From Camelus ferus (Eukaryota): a stretch of 64,000 nt of DNA. Positions 27,081 to 40,934 of the stretch are shown here, piece by piece. The DNA lies in assembly GCF_009834535.1 (NCBI RefSeq), contig NC_045697.1, positions 37,078,001 through 37,142,000 of the forward strand, given 5' to 3'. Position numbers and translations under genes: made by a program. The notes under the pieces are model-generated. The model worked only from the letters and a program-made list of their open reading frames with translations. It did no database searches and was not told the origin of the DNA. Numbering within the stretch: the first letter of the stretch is position 1; every line of letters begins with the position of its first letter.

Positions 27081-29599
27081 GTGCAGAAATAAATTGACAT
27101 TGAGCCCAAGCCTTCAGATATGATTGTCACAGTAAGTTCTTGAATGGCTGCACGTGAATCACCTGCTCTGCCAGTTCCCTGCCGTTTTCTAGGATTTCCT
27201 CTGCCTCACATTGCTCAGTGGGATGTGATGTGTGTGGCAGGATGTGGGTTTTTGTGTTCTAAAGCACGCCGAATCAAAAGACTTTAGGAACTAAAAAATC
27301 AAAAAACAAAAAACAACTCACCTCGTTTTCAACTCATGGATAATGGAAGTTGATTATGCTAATAATTGGAATATAGCACCCTGTTCCAACATAACTCCTT
27401 GTTGCCCAAGTTCAGGTAGCCTGCAGATCAAAGCACACTTCCTTGCAGTTAAGGCTGGAAGGAGCGTGGCTGCAGGTTGCGTATTGGATCAGCCTCTGTT
27501 CCAGCCCCAGGAGGGAGGCAGATCGTAGGGAGCAATAATCCTGCTGATGAAACAATAGCGGCCTAATCTAGCATCAAATCGGGGCTCCAAGCCTGTGGAG
27601 AGGTCTTTTTGTTCTCCTTTTTAATGTATAATTCTACCTCTTAATTTAATGCAGGCAGTTCTGCCTATTTTATACAGTATGGTAACAAAAAATGGCTTTT
27701 ACTATTGGAAGATTTTAAAACTGTTTCAAGATCCTTCTCACTTTTGCTTATTTTGATTCTTACAATAGTGTGTTGAGGAAGGGAAGACTTTATAGCTGAG
27801 GAAATCACTTGATTTCTAAAAATCATAACAATTCCAGTAATGGGAACCTTGGGATTAGAAATTCCAAATACACTAATTCCAATGTTGTTTGCGCTACAAC
27901 AAACAGTGGAAAAGCAAGAGTTACTGGGAAATGTCAGCGTTCAGAAATAAGTTGCTTTGCTTCTTGAAATATTTCAAAAGACAACTGATGGACTAGCCGG
28001 CCTGCAGAACTGTTTTGCATTTCTGTGTAAGAGCAATTTCTTTTCAGGCTCTACTACAACAGTTCTAATAATGGATATTATGATTTTAATAGCTATGTGG
28101 TTCATAAAATGCAGGTCAGGAAAATGGCTTAGAATATCTGAAACCATCATAAAACTAGGCAATTTTCCCTGGGATAACGGAGTGATAGAAATAAATGCTT
28201 CATTATCACTGACTTCAAATACATACAAGGATTAAGTCCAACCACATTGTTACAGCAAAATTAATATACTGTGTTTATAATAGACACACTTTTTTCACCC
28301 TCAGCCTTAAAATATATATGAAAATTATATATATATGTGTGTGGGTATATATATATATATATATATCTCCTTAATTAGCAGATTACAGCATTCTGTTCCA
28401 CCCAGTTACATAAACAGTATCCGTGTCCTGAAGAATAATGAACGCATCCCCCATGTATTCCTACATGGATAATGTTTCCATCATCCACATTCTTGTCTAC
28501 ATATATAGTGACAGAGACATCAAGGACACATGGTCTCACATGGCTGGGGGAGTATATTTGCTCCCTGTTTCTGGTAATAGGCTAATTGGAATTTTAAAAA
28601 GATTTGCCACATTATCCTGGCAGATGGTATTTTGCTTTATCATTATTCATGGGTATTAATGACTTCCCTCTGGAGCATGTGTATCCTGTCTATTTTGAAT
28701 TTCATTACATTTCATGCTGACTGCTCCAAACAGAATCAGATCCAGTATTTTCTGTGCAGGGCCTTAAGCTGCAGATCGTTTGGTTGGTCCAAGTTTCAGG
28801 CTCGATGAGGAAGTAAGTAACTTTTCTTGGAAATGAAGAAAACCTTTCCCCCCCCATCTTGAGGATTGCATTACATTTCTTATCTTGTTGAGCTTGCTAT
28901 CCCGCAGGATGGCGTGCGATATCTGGTGTATTTGAAGACAATTCCAGAGTGGGTGCATCTTTCCCTAGCCTGAGGTTATTGGACATCCTTTCTTCCTAGA
29001 GAGGCTGGGGTTTGGTTTTCTAAATGGAGAAAATGCATGAGAACATGATGCAGTGATCTGGCCCCAGAAAGTCATTTTTTAATTAATTCCTTCAACAAAT
29101 ATATATTAGAGAACAGCCTTGCCTTTGTTTTGTTGATCTCTAGAATGCTTATACCTAAATTAGGCAGCTGGCAGACTTTCCACCTGGCTAATTACCTGAG
29201 GGGAACATTATGTGACAGCAGAGCAGCAAGCAGAAAATTGTGGTGGGAGCAGGCCAGAGTCCTTGCTTGGGAGGAACAAAGAGCCTGGGGAGTAGGACAT
29301 ACAGTATAGCTTACTGGAGCCTTCTGATAAAACGAAAGCTTTTCTGCAACCAGAGTTCACAAGTGGTGTCCGAACATTTGTGAACGGAAGCTAGGGCTGG
29401 GGGAGCCAGACCGGGTGGCCTTACTTCCTGCAATCCCTGTCTTGGTTTGATTCCAGACAACATGGCCACCTTCACATCCATCCTCCCAAACTTTTATCCC
29501 TCTCTTCTTTGGTGTTATTGAGCTAGGCACTGTTTTAGGTACTGGGATTCAGAAATTAATACAATAGACAACCACGTCTCCGTATCATGGAAGACAGAG

Positions 29600-29977
29600 A
29601 CAGACTCCAGAGCAGAGTGCAGATTCGTTGGATGGCCAGTTTAATGAAGACAATGTCTTCTTCTGGGATGGAGGTTGGTCAGATTTGCCTGCAATTTTAA
29701 AAGATTGGTGTTTCCTAAGCTTAGGGTTCTGCAGCTGTGACACAAACCCATTCCCTGTGTACCATCCACCTAGGCCACTTGTATTGTCCCCATAGGGCTT
29801 TGGGGGCAGGGCAAACTAACATAAAGTTTGTGCTGTTTACTGTACTGTAAGTACAGTAAATCCTTTGTTTCTGACCTAGGAGTCTTGTAGTCTTTTGACA
29901 GCATCCATGAAACTATGGGGAACTAACTTATTAGCTTACAAGTAGGATAAAATCTCAGACCCTTTACAGTCTTGACA
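29600..29977 (+). mobile_element. ERV solo LTR, MER21-like (left boundary uncertain)
   Basis: 3' end CAGCATCCATGAAACT...TAACTTATTAGCTTACAAGTAGGATAAAATCTCAGACCCTTTACAGTCTTGACA. Confidence 0.6.
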
Positions 29978-30989
29978 CTGACCCAACAGAGTACCAGTCA
30001 AGTAAGATCTCTCTTATCTTCTTTATTTCTTCCCCAAATGATATCCTTCTCCCCTGAACTTTGGAGGGCCTGGAGGTAACAAAGTGAGTATGGGAGGAAT
30101 TAAAAAGAAAGCTCTAGTTAGGGAAAATAGACAAGGAATTCATCATATCCATCTCTTTACCACTGCAGCCTTTACTTCTTCAGGAGGTCCAAGGTGGAGA
30201 AATAGAAATTAAAACTTCACATGAAGTCTAGAGTTTACAGTTAGTATACTGGAGGAAGTGGAGAATATTTTATTATCTATGCATGGCAAGAAATGTCAGT
30301 GAGTTGATTCTAAATTTTATCTAAAGGGACAGGAAGAATGAACTTTACAGAACAGGTATAAAGGGGGATTTTTTGGGACACCAATAAATAAAGATTATTT
30401 TCTATTCTTACACCTGTTCAACCCAACCATTCTACTTCAACTCTATAGAAAACAGGAAGGGAAATAAAAGGCAATTTCCCATTCCTAGCTAGAATGATTG
30501 TGTTTTAGTGCTGCCGTTTGGCTTCTATTATAACTCCTTTTGCAACCAGAGTGAGACTCTAGTGATGGTTGAGTCTAAGAAATGTGCCTGGTGAGGTGAC
30601 AGCATCACCACGCAGTAAGGTTGTGACACTCTAGTTGTGATTTTAGAAACAAGGATCCTTCCAAATTAAACCATAAAGTGGTATTTTGGGTGACTTGTCT
30701 AAAAAGACATTTCTTTAATCATTATTCAACAATCATTTTCCATGTATTATGTTAAGTCCCAGGGATACTGATGTCACTAATGTTCAGTGAACACTGTGGT
30801 GAATCGAATTATACTTCACAACTATATTCCTCTCCCTCATCTTCACAGGAGGACTAGATATTTTCACTTTGTTGATGTTAGGCTTGACCATGTGACTCTC
30901 TTTTATTAACAGGATAATAATAGATTATTATTATTATTATGATACAATAGATACTCGAAATTTGCTTGTGTCAAAGGGCTTATGCTCTT

Positions 30990-32350
30990 GACATCTTAAC
31001 AATATTGAGTCTTCCAATCTGTAAACATGCTACATTTCTTCATCTACTTAGATCTTCTTTATTTTAACAGTAATATTTTGTAGTGTTTGGTGTACTTACA
31101 TATATCTTGTTTTTTCTGAATATTTCATTTTTGATGTAATTATAAATGGCATTATTTTCTTTTTCTATTTGAAGCTAGTGTATAGAAATGTAATGATCTT
31201 ATATTCTACAACTCTGTAGATTCCTAAGGATTTTTTTTTAACATAGACAATGATGTTATCTGTAAGAAAATACAATTTTAAAATTCTTCCTTTCCAATTT
31301 GGATGCCTTTTATTTATTTTACTTATCTTATTGCAGTGACTAGGAATTCTAGTACAAAGTTGAATGGAAATGGTGAAAGCTGATTAGGAAAGCTTTTTTC
31401 TGCATCTGATGAAATTATCATAAAAAATTGAGATTATCATTCTTTTTTCATTTGTTAACATGGTGAACTATATTGACTGATTTCCAAAAGCTAAGCAATT
31501 TTGCATTTCTGGGTTAAATTTCTCTGAGTTGTGATTATTATTCTTTTTATATATTGCTGGACTAATTTGATAATGTTTTAAGGATTTTAAAATTTATGTT
31601 TATAATGAATACTGGCCCGTAGTTTTCTGTTCTTGTCATATCTTTCCTTGGTTTGGTGTCAAGGCAATAATGGCCTCATAGAATGAGTTGGGACATATTT
31701 CTTCCTTCTCTAGTTTCTGAAAGAGTTTTATGTAGAATTGGTATTATTTCTTTTTTAAATGTTTGATATAATTTACCATTAAATTCACCTGGGCCTGGAA
31801 GTTTCTTTGTTGGAAGGTTGTAAATTAAGAATTCAATTTCCTTAATAGATAAAGGGCTATTCATGTTATTTACTTATTCTTGAGTAAGTTGGATAATTTG
31901 TATTTTTGAAAGAATATGTCCATATCAATTATGAATTTTTTAGCATAAAGTTATTGAATTTATTACCATAAAGTTGTTGATAACATTCCTTATTATTATT
32001 TAATATTGTAAGTTTTGTAATGTTATATCCTCATTTATTCATGATATTAATTTGTGTCTTACTGGTGATATTGATTAGAAGTCTATCAATTTTAGCGATA
32101 GTTTCAAAGAATCAGCTTTTGGCTTCATTGTTTGTCTTTTCTCTATTGTTTGTTCCATTTCTATTTCATTGATTTTTTTTTAACTGTTACTTCTTTTCCT
32201 TTCTTTTGTTTGAATTTTTTCTTTCTTTTCTAGTTTCTTAAGGTAGAAGCTTAGTTAATTTATTTGAGACCTTAATACTTTCTAATGTAAGAATTCAGTG
32301 CTATACATTTCCCTCTAAGTATTATTTTAGATGCATCCTACGAATTTTGA
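30990..32350 (-). mobile_element. Old degraded L1 ORF2 fragment
   Basis: Residual peptide NLPTKKLPGPGEFNGKLYQTFKKEIIPILHK at 31676-31864. Confidence 0.88.
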
Positions 32351-33454
32351 TAAAATGCAGTATGATATATAGTTCAAAGTACTATCAGAGTACAGAGAAA
32401 AGAGCTTTTAATTAATCTGGGGAATATTGCAGAGAAGCGTTTGAACTGGGCTTTGAGGGAATTTTTTTCTAGGCAGAGAGGAAGGTAGGAGCATTCTAAG
32501 CCAAAAGAACAATATTCCTGGCTTCATGAATAGACCTTTCCTTTATAAAGTGTACTGGTGAATATTTAATATCTTTAGTCTACAGATAGAACATGTCTTT
32601 GAAAGGCAGGATCAAGAGGCTGAAAGTTTGGCTCTTGAAGTTATCCTCTTAGTTGATATCATTTTAAATGAGAATGGTATTGGTCCAAAAAAGAGTCATA
32701 AGAAGGACTGTCATGTGAAGTTCTTGGGTACTGATCAGACTAAAGGCAAAATGAGGTACAAATGGAAGCAAGGGCAGTGGTCTGGTTACAACTCTTAGAT
32801 ATGGGTACCAAGTCATTAAGATGCATAAATTTATCAGAGAAATATTACCTTGGAAGCTCCAACTTCTGATCTACTTTTACAGCCATGAGATCTTTATCTC
32901 TGCATAATTTCTTACCCTCTGCAGCAGAAATTATAGATTGGTTCATGCAACAACTTTTCTATATATTGTTTTTATTGCTTTTTCCTAATATGAAAGCTGG
33001 AAAGCAGCTAGGGTTTGCCATGTCACAGGATTGTGGTCAATACAATGTTGGTATAATTTCTGAAGAGGACTTCCATGTTGCACTAAAAAGGGAAAAATTT
33101 CAGAAAAAGTTTTTTCTCTCTCACTTTGTCCTTCCCATTTCTTCCTGCCTGGAACTTGAAGACACTGCATGGAGTTGCAGCTGCCATTTTTTGACCAGGA
33201 AATTAAAAAGCACACACTAAAAATGGCAGTCCAAGAGACAAAGTCAGTCTCCTTGATGACATTCATGCACAGGTGCATTAGTTCTGACCTACATACTTCC
33301 AGATTCCTTTTTTGCAAGACAGACATGCATGTTTAAATGACAGTTTTTATGTTTTCTGTCACTTGCAACAAATGCATTCAAAACTCAAAGTGATGCAACC
33401 CTTTTGCCACAAATGAGAAAGCTGTATGGGAATGTTTGTAATTCCAATCTTTAA

Positions 33455-34766
33455 CGTACTTTCTTCACTGGGCTTCCAAGACATCAACCTCCCTTGGTTT
33501 TTCTCCTGCACTACTGGTTGCTTTTTCTCAGTCTCTTTGCTGATCCTTCTCTTCTCCTGGCCTCTATTTATGTTGGAGCGCCCTAAGGCTATGTCTTTGA
33601 ATTTCTTTTTTTGGTCTCATCTATCCTCATAGCTTCACACAGCATCGAAATTCTGACAATTCCTAAACATCTATTTCCAACCCAGTCCTCTCTCCTGAAC
33701 TACAGATTCTTGTGTCCAACTACCTACTCAACATCTTCATTTGGATGTCAAAGAGTTGACCTCTTAACCTCAAAACTTGACTTCTACTTCTTCCCTTAAG
33801 CTGATCTACCTCAGTCTCCCTCATCTCCACTGATGGCAACTCTAATCTTCCAGTTGCTTATGCCCCAAATTTTGGAGTCATTCTTGACAATTCTTTTTCT
33901 CTTTCTCACACTTTTCATCTAATATGTCAAGACTTTGGCTCTACCTTAAGCATATCCAGGATGTATTTAGAATCTGACCACTACCTCCATTGTAAAGCCA
34001 CCATCCTGCGCCAAGCCACCATCACCTTTCACCTGGACTCCTGCAGTATCTTCCTAAAACGTCTATCTTGCTTTGCTCTTTTCCGTTCCATGACAGACTG
34101 TTTTCAATATAGCAGCCAGAGTGACCCTTCTAAGATGAAGTCAGATCATGCTCACCCCTTTGCTCAAATGATTCTTCATTTTACTCAAAGTAAAACATAA
34201 AGTGTCTAAAATAGCTGTCAAAGTCCTGCAAGATCCAGCCTCTGCCACCTCTCCGCCTTCTCCTGTTCTCTCCCTCGCCTTCTCCCTTCCAACCTTACTG
34301 GCCTCATTGCTGTTTCCAGAACACAAGGGCAAATCCATGTTATGGCCTTTGAACTGGTTGTTCCCTTTGCCTGGAATGTTCCTCCCTTAGCCATGCTTGG
34401 ATAATTCCCTCAGTTTACACGTGTGCTCAACTTCACCCTTTCCATGAAGCTGGCCATCGCTGCTGATTTAATATTGACATCGGCACCATCCACAGCCCAG
34501 CCCATGCTGCCCCTGCCCGCAGCACTTCCTGTCTCACCCTGCTCTACTTTCTCTCCCCGCCAACCCTGAACCCAGCTTGTAACCTTCTAACTCAATATAT
34601 GGTTTATCAATGAGCTCATTGCTATTTTCTGTCTCCTCTGCTAGATTGTAAGCTACATGATGGCAGGATTTGTATCTGCTTTTTCACTGATGCATCCCCG
34701 GTGCCTAGAATAATGTCTGTTCCAGAGTAAATGCTTAGTAAATATTTGTTGTAAGATTAAATGAAT
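33455..34766 (+). mobile_element. L2 LINE 3' portion
   Basis: CAGCCAGAGTGACCCTTCTAA...TCAGATCATG, CCTGGAATGTTCCTCC, terminal AATATTTGTTG...AAATGAAT. Confidence 0.85.
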
Positions 34767-36661
34767 CCCTCACCCACAAAGGGAGGAGTTACAGTAGGAT
34801 TTAGGGCAGCAGACTAACTGAGAAAGCAACTCTGGAGGTCAAATTCAATGCTGACCCAAAGCTCCTGCCCATGTGCCACAATACAAATGCCTATGACATA
34901 ATGGCTGGGCTTTTCTCTAGTTTAAAAAAAATAAAAGGGACAGCAAACACTATAGCAAATGTGTGGGATGTTTTTAGCAGGGACACATCTGAAAAGTGCT
35001 GAAAAAAGTGTTTAAGTAGATTGTCTCTTGAATCAAGAAAAATCAAACCCTCCATTGAGGGCTATTTGCCACCATAACATCCTTTATAGACCTATGGGAA
35101 GAATCACATTTTTATTTTAAATAAAATCTGGAATTTTACTGGTCATTACTCTGCCAAGGAAAGAAAATTAAAATTCAAGTTATTTGAAGCCTGGACACAC
35201 TTGCATGATTAGCTAGGCCGTGTAAAAGTTAGTGGCTTTGTTCTTCCTCCTGTGTAAGCAGGTCCAGGCCCTAGAAAGATGGGACCAGGTTATAATTGTT
35301 TCTGAAAAGTGTGCTACAAAAATGGATGGTCTGTCCAAGCCTGGAGTGAAGCAGAAGCAAGAAGAGCCGGAGGCAGAGGAATTTCTGGTCGTGAGCACTA
35401 GTGGAATGAAGTGTGTGGGTGGCCTTGGGTGGTGGCTGTTTTCATAAGAAATACACTTGCGTATTTGTGGAACTTGGGGTGAATTTCTGAGAAACACTGA
35501 CTTTTACCTCACTAAGATTGAGAATTTGTTCCACTTCTGGTATGAATAAGCAAATGTTGTTTAGTCTCAATTCCTCTCCAGATTCAGAACTCTGGTTAGG
35601 TTTCGATGGGGGCTACTTGGCAAAGAACCCAGTCCATCCACAGAGGCGTGCTTCAGCGAGGAGGGCGGCACACAAGGGTTTTGCTCCAGCTGAGGGCTGG
35701 CCACTTGATAGCGCGCTTCTGTGTTAATGACACTACAGTGGAAATTCTTTATCCTTGTAGCTGTACTGTAGAATGGGGACCAGGGGACCTCCACAGAGCC
35801 GGGAATCCTGAGTGCCTCCTTAAATTTTGCACCAGAGGCATCTCACTGGCCTCACCTTGTCGTGGTCCTGCTATACTCTGTTCTCATTCTGAACCACTGG
35901 GAGCTGGCATTAAATGCTCCAGGAAATCTAGAATTTCCTCATGCTGAGTTCCTTTAAATAGTGTCACCATCTTGATTCTGATGTTTCTGATTGTGAACAA
36001 GCCTTTCCTTGTTAGCATCTTGAAACTGTGGAGAGCTCTTGGTGAAAATTGTTATTTTTTAGAATAACAATAATATCATTTTCTGCTGGAAAAGGGCATT
36101 TTCCTTCTACTTCCTTTTCTCTCCCCAACAGTTTATCTTTCCTTTTCCCTTAAACATGATTTATTCCATTTCTGTTGCCAAATCATTGTGTTTATAACAA
36201 TAGTAATTAAGAATCTGATGGGAAGTTTTTATAAACTAGCAATTGGCTTTCAATAAAGACTTAAGGGTCAAAATCTGTTTAGCTGAACTCCTGAAAAGTT
36301 CTAACTAGAATGATCATAAATCCAGTTTTTTTTTTAATACATTAGAGGAGCCTTTTATTGATTTTTCTTTTTAAATGTAGAGTTTTGTACATGATACTGC
36401 ATTAAGAAAAACCAACCAGTCCAGCTCCTTGTAGTTCTATCCCTGTTGCTTAGACTAGATTGCAGGAATTTACTCAGATTATGATAAGAAATCCTGCACC
36501 TGCATAGGGTTGATGCTCCATAAATATGATGCGTGGACCAACTAGATCATCAGAAAAAATTCATAAGTTGGTTTTGCTGGGGAAAGTCATTAGCCAATCA
36601 GAGTCTGAGGGCTAATCATAATAATGAATATGCTTATAATACGCAAAGACTGCTATCACAT

Positions 36662-37126
36662 TTTTTTTCATTTTTCAGCTTTATTAGGTAGTATTGTTAC
36701 AATTTGACTGCACATATACAATATATTGCATGTAAATACATATATACAATATACTGCCCATTTTTTTTAGTTTACATATATGTACTGATCATTGTTTCTA
36801 AGAATAGTTTAGAGCTTTAGCTTTTTAAACTTACATAGTTATCAAAGGAATAAAGCCAACCACAAAATAAGAATCAACAGAATGTGGTAATCCAATCATA
36901 AAGGACAGTCAAATGTGCTTACACATATTCAAGAAATTAATCATCTAAGTTATAAATAATAGGTAGTTCATTTGTGTCCCCCCCTTTTTTTTAGATTCCA
37001 CATGTAAGTGATATTATATGGCATTTTTCTTTCTCTTTCCAGCCCACTTCACTTAGAATGATGATCTCCAGGTGCATCCATGTTGCTGCAAATGGCATTA
37101 TTTTATTCTTTTTTATGGCTGAGTAG
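36662..37126 (-). mobile_element. Retroposed chimera: L1 ORF2-end fragment plus non-L1 polyadenylated tail
   Basis: L1-like 36965-37126; unrelated 36680-36964; AATAAA and A-tail; TATCACAT direct repeats at 36654-36661 and 37127-37134. Confidence 0.7.
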
Positions 37127-37190
37127 TATCACATATCTTAAATAAGGCTCATGATAACCACATGAACCAACTCTTATTATTATTCCTATA

Positions 37191-37422
37191 CAGTTGACCC
37201 TTGAACAACACAAATGTTGGGGTATCCACCCTCGGTCCAGTTGAAAATTCATGCATAACTTGTAGTAGACCCTCCATATTGGAGGTGCCTCTGTATCTGT
37301 GGTTCTACATCCACAAATTTATCCAACCTTGGACTGCATAGTGCTGTAGTATTTATTATTGTGAAAAAAATCTGTGTATAAGTGGACCCGTGAAGTTCAA
37401 ACCCATGTTATTCAAGGGTCAA
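37191..37422. mobile_element. Tigger2-family MITE (MER8-like)
   Basis: TIRs CAGTTGACCCTTGAACAACA and TGTTATTCAAGGGTCAA, preceded by TA. Confidence 0.85.
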
Positions 37423-37498
37423 AATGATTTATTTTAGAAGCAAAAGAAAATTCAAAGAATGTAGTAATATTTAGAATTATGAAGGAAGACTTGTGATT

Positions 37499-38022
37499 TG
37501 TGACCAGGTCTTAATTGATAAAGGGCACAGAAAGGTTAATGCCATTGAAAGAGAATTTTTATTACTTACATTTCCTGCGAGGAGGGAGCACACATCAGGC
37601 CATGTAGGGCCATATGGAGAAGCACCAGAGTTGGCCAGGAGGCAGCATGAAGAGGGAAAAGCATAGGCACCACCTTACTAGGGTTTGTGTTGGGAGGGCA
37701 AGGAGGACAAACAGTTTGTGGTTGGCTAGCTTGGATAATTCCAGCAAATTTGGGGGCTTCAGGGCTTTTCCAAGATCAAGATGTCTGACATCTGGCCCTG
37801 GGTTGATTTATAACAGGGGAAATATGACTTGGTTTGTAAGAGTGAGATAAAGGAGACAGTTGGGGGTATGGGCTTGAGATCTGGAGAGTTTGTAATATGA
37901 TTTTTGTGCACCTGAGAAAGCTGGATTGCAGGGCAGATGTAGACAGCTTTGGTCATCAGTCTGGCCCTGTAACTAATGAATGCCAAATAGACAAGTGCAG
38001 GCCACGAAAATACAATTAGGAC
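37499..38022. mobile_element. Probable ERV solo LTR, family unassigned
   Basis: TG...ACA-bounded block (TGTGACCAGGTC...ATTAGGACA) with LTR-like composition. Confidence 0.45.
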
Positions 38023-40289
38023 AAAAGGGCATCAGTGCAGGAGCCTGACTCCAGGTGCCAAGCTCTTTCCATGAAAACACCTAAACTCCATCAAATTCTC
38101 CCCATTCGAGCCTCTGCATCCCTTACCCAACTCCAAATCTCCTCATTTGCAACATCACTTACTGACACTTCCAGCCACTTGGTTGCTTTAGTTAGAATCC
38201 TGACCCATCTGCTACATCCTTCAGTTCTACTCCCAATTACCTCTTAGATTTGTCCTCCTCTTTCTTTATGCCTACTACCCTGGCCTTGGGACAGCCTATC
38301 TTGAATTCTAAGTCTCATAATCCTATACCTACACCCAACCCTGCTTCATCCTGTTTCCAGAATGAGTTTTTGTAAATGACAGATTTGATTGCATTTCTTC
38401 CTTGCTTACATCCTACATGCCTCCTTATCACCTTCAAATTTCTCAGCAGAATATAAAGGGTCTTTCATGATCCATTTCTTGCCCATCACCTATCTGGCTG
38501 TCCTACAACACTATGATGTTGTGTCCATCTACTGACCTGAGCCACAATCCTAGGACTAGTGCATTTTACTGAATATTTGGAGAATGAAGAGATAGAGAGA
38601 GATTGAAATTCTTAACCAAACTGGTTCTCCCAAAGAACTGAGTTTCAAAATCATGACCCTTAAATAGGGCACCATGGCTCTCTTTCTTACCTATGGTTTC
38701 CCTGTGGCTGTGACCACAGCCCTAGACAGCTGTGGGGTTTGGATTTCAGAGCCCTAGGCCAGGGGCTGTCTGCATCTGGTCACTCATGGTAACAAGCTGG
38801 GGACAGACCTGGGCAGGAGCTGCTGGGTTGGAGAGAAGATCCAGAATAAGGACACATCTAAGGAATCTCTTGGTGAGGGTGGAGTGTCAGGATATGTGAG
38901 CTGGGAGAGGGGGGCTTGGAGAAGGGGGTCCCTTAAAGGGTAGGTCCTGGAGAGCAGGCATACAGAGAGGACATTTTTACAAGTTTCTAATTATATTTAT
39001 TTGGAGTTTTCCTCTGACCGTTTGAAGCTGTTAACAAGCAGGAAAAAAAAAAAAAAAGAATTGAGTCTCATTGGTGTACAGGAAATGGACTCACGGGTAT
39101 TTTTATTTTGGTTGATGTTAACTTTCTTTTGCAAGGTCTATACGATTCTTGTGCTTAGAATAGGGATTATAATGCATTCAAGGTATCAGTTTCTTCTAGT
39201 TTAAATCTCTTATAGTTCAAGAACCAGGCCTGGAAGAGTCACTGGACTGCAGATTGTTTCAAGTACCACAAGGGGTTGCTAGAGAGCAACAAAGCTTTAA
39301 AGAAACTTCTTTAAAATTTCCCCCTTTGGCCACATCCTCATTTCCTTAGTCTTGGTAGAAAGCAAGATGTTTTCTTCCATTTGGGGGTTATATTTACTTA
39401 GTGGATACGGCTCTGCAGTGGGTTACCCATACTTGTCTGCTTGTAATAATTTTCTTTATACCAGTCCCTCAAAGAGCTTTATCTGTCTTTCCTCCTGTTT
39501 GGAGGGGCTCCCAATATGCTTTCCTATTCCTCAACTACTTGAATGTGATCTAAATCAACACGGTCTTCAGAAGAAAGGAATAAGTTTGGCCCCATGTATC
39601 CACCAGAGAACAAGCTAGCTCACCAACATCTCTGTGTCAGTTACTAAAGGATGCCTCTTATGGATGAAGAAATTGTAAAAAAGTACCACTGCTTCTGAGG
39701 TGATCTAGTCTGACCTTAAGGAAGACTTTGGGAGCTAAGCTTAGGCTGGATTTCAGCCCTCACTCACTCCCTTAGCCAGGCAACCTGGAGACAAAATTCT
39801 GGAAGAATCAGTAGACCAAAGAGAACTAAGAATAACATGAGGTTTATTTACATATTTTAAAATTTTTTTTCCTGGAAATTTTGTGAGGGAACTTTGTACA
39901 GAGTGTGCTTGCAGCTGAGATGTTTGCACTTTCCACATTGTCTGAAACATCCTAAACGTTGCAATTATTCAATTATAGCTGTTAGATCTTAATCACAATG
40001 AGCACTGTTTCTGTATTTCTTTTATGTTCATGGAATTAACATTCTCTTGTGATTCAAAGATGCTCAATTGCTAACAGACTCCCAAGGGGAGGTATTTAGG
40101 ATGATATACTTTGGCTGTTGTGTTGCCAGTTCAAGATATTGCAAGAAACATAGAAAATTTCCCTGATGATATATGAAAGAGCTTTTTGTTCCTTCATGCA
40201 CCAGCCTAGCCTGATTTATTCCTTCCTGTGCATCCCTGCACAGTCTCCTTCTTGAATTCACTCTCTCGACTGATTATGACAAGAATGAT

Positions 40290-40760
40290 CTATCAGTTAG
40301 ATTATGTATGACTGCATAAACCACAAAATCCAAACATCAATAGCTTATCCAGCATAGAGGCTCATTTTTAATTTCACATAACGGAAGCCTGGGAGTCACC
40401 TAGGCTATAGTAATTCCACAGACATCAGAGACCAGAAACTCTCTTCCTGTCCATTTCTCCCCACTTTATGTGCAGCTCTTATCTCCAAAATTACCTCATG
40501 GTCTAAGATGGCCACTGGAGCCCCAGCCATCAAGCCCAAGTTCCAGTGAGAAAATAAAGGAAGGTACATGCCTCTTGCTGAGTCAGCCCCCTCAAGAGTC
40601 TCATTCAGCAACTTCCATTTATAACCCATTTGCCATCCCTATCTGGGAAATGTAGTTTTCTGGCTAGACACGCTAAGAGTCTTGACAACATATGAGCCTG
40701 TTATTAAGGCAGGAGGGAGAATGGACATGGGGTAGGCTACTAGCAGCCTCTACCACATAT
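40290..40760 (-). mobile_element. Old MaLR LTR (MLT1J/K-like)
   Basis: CTCATGGTCTAAGATGGCCACTGGAGCCCCAGCCATCA...CTGGGAAATGTAGT. Confidence 0.65.
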
Positions 40761-40934
40761 AAGAATTCAATCGCCCAGGAGAATACAGAGATTAGGAAAC
40801 AAAATGCAAGCAGAGTAACACATGGAGAGTTGCTGTGTTGTCCTCACAGTCACAGAATGGCTATCTATTCAGTGGCTGTTAGGCGGAGTCCCACCACCTC
40901 TCTTTTCTTGACCCCACCTAGCTTCACTTACCAT

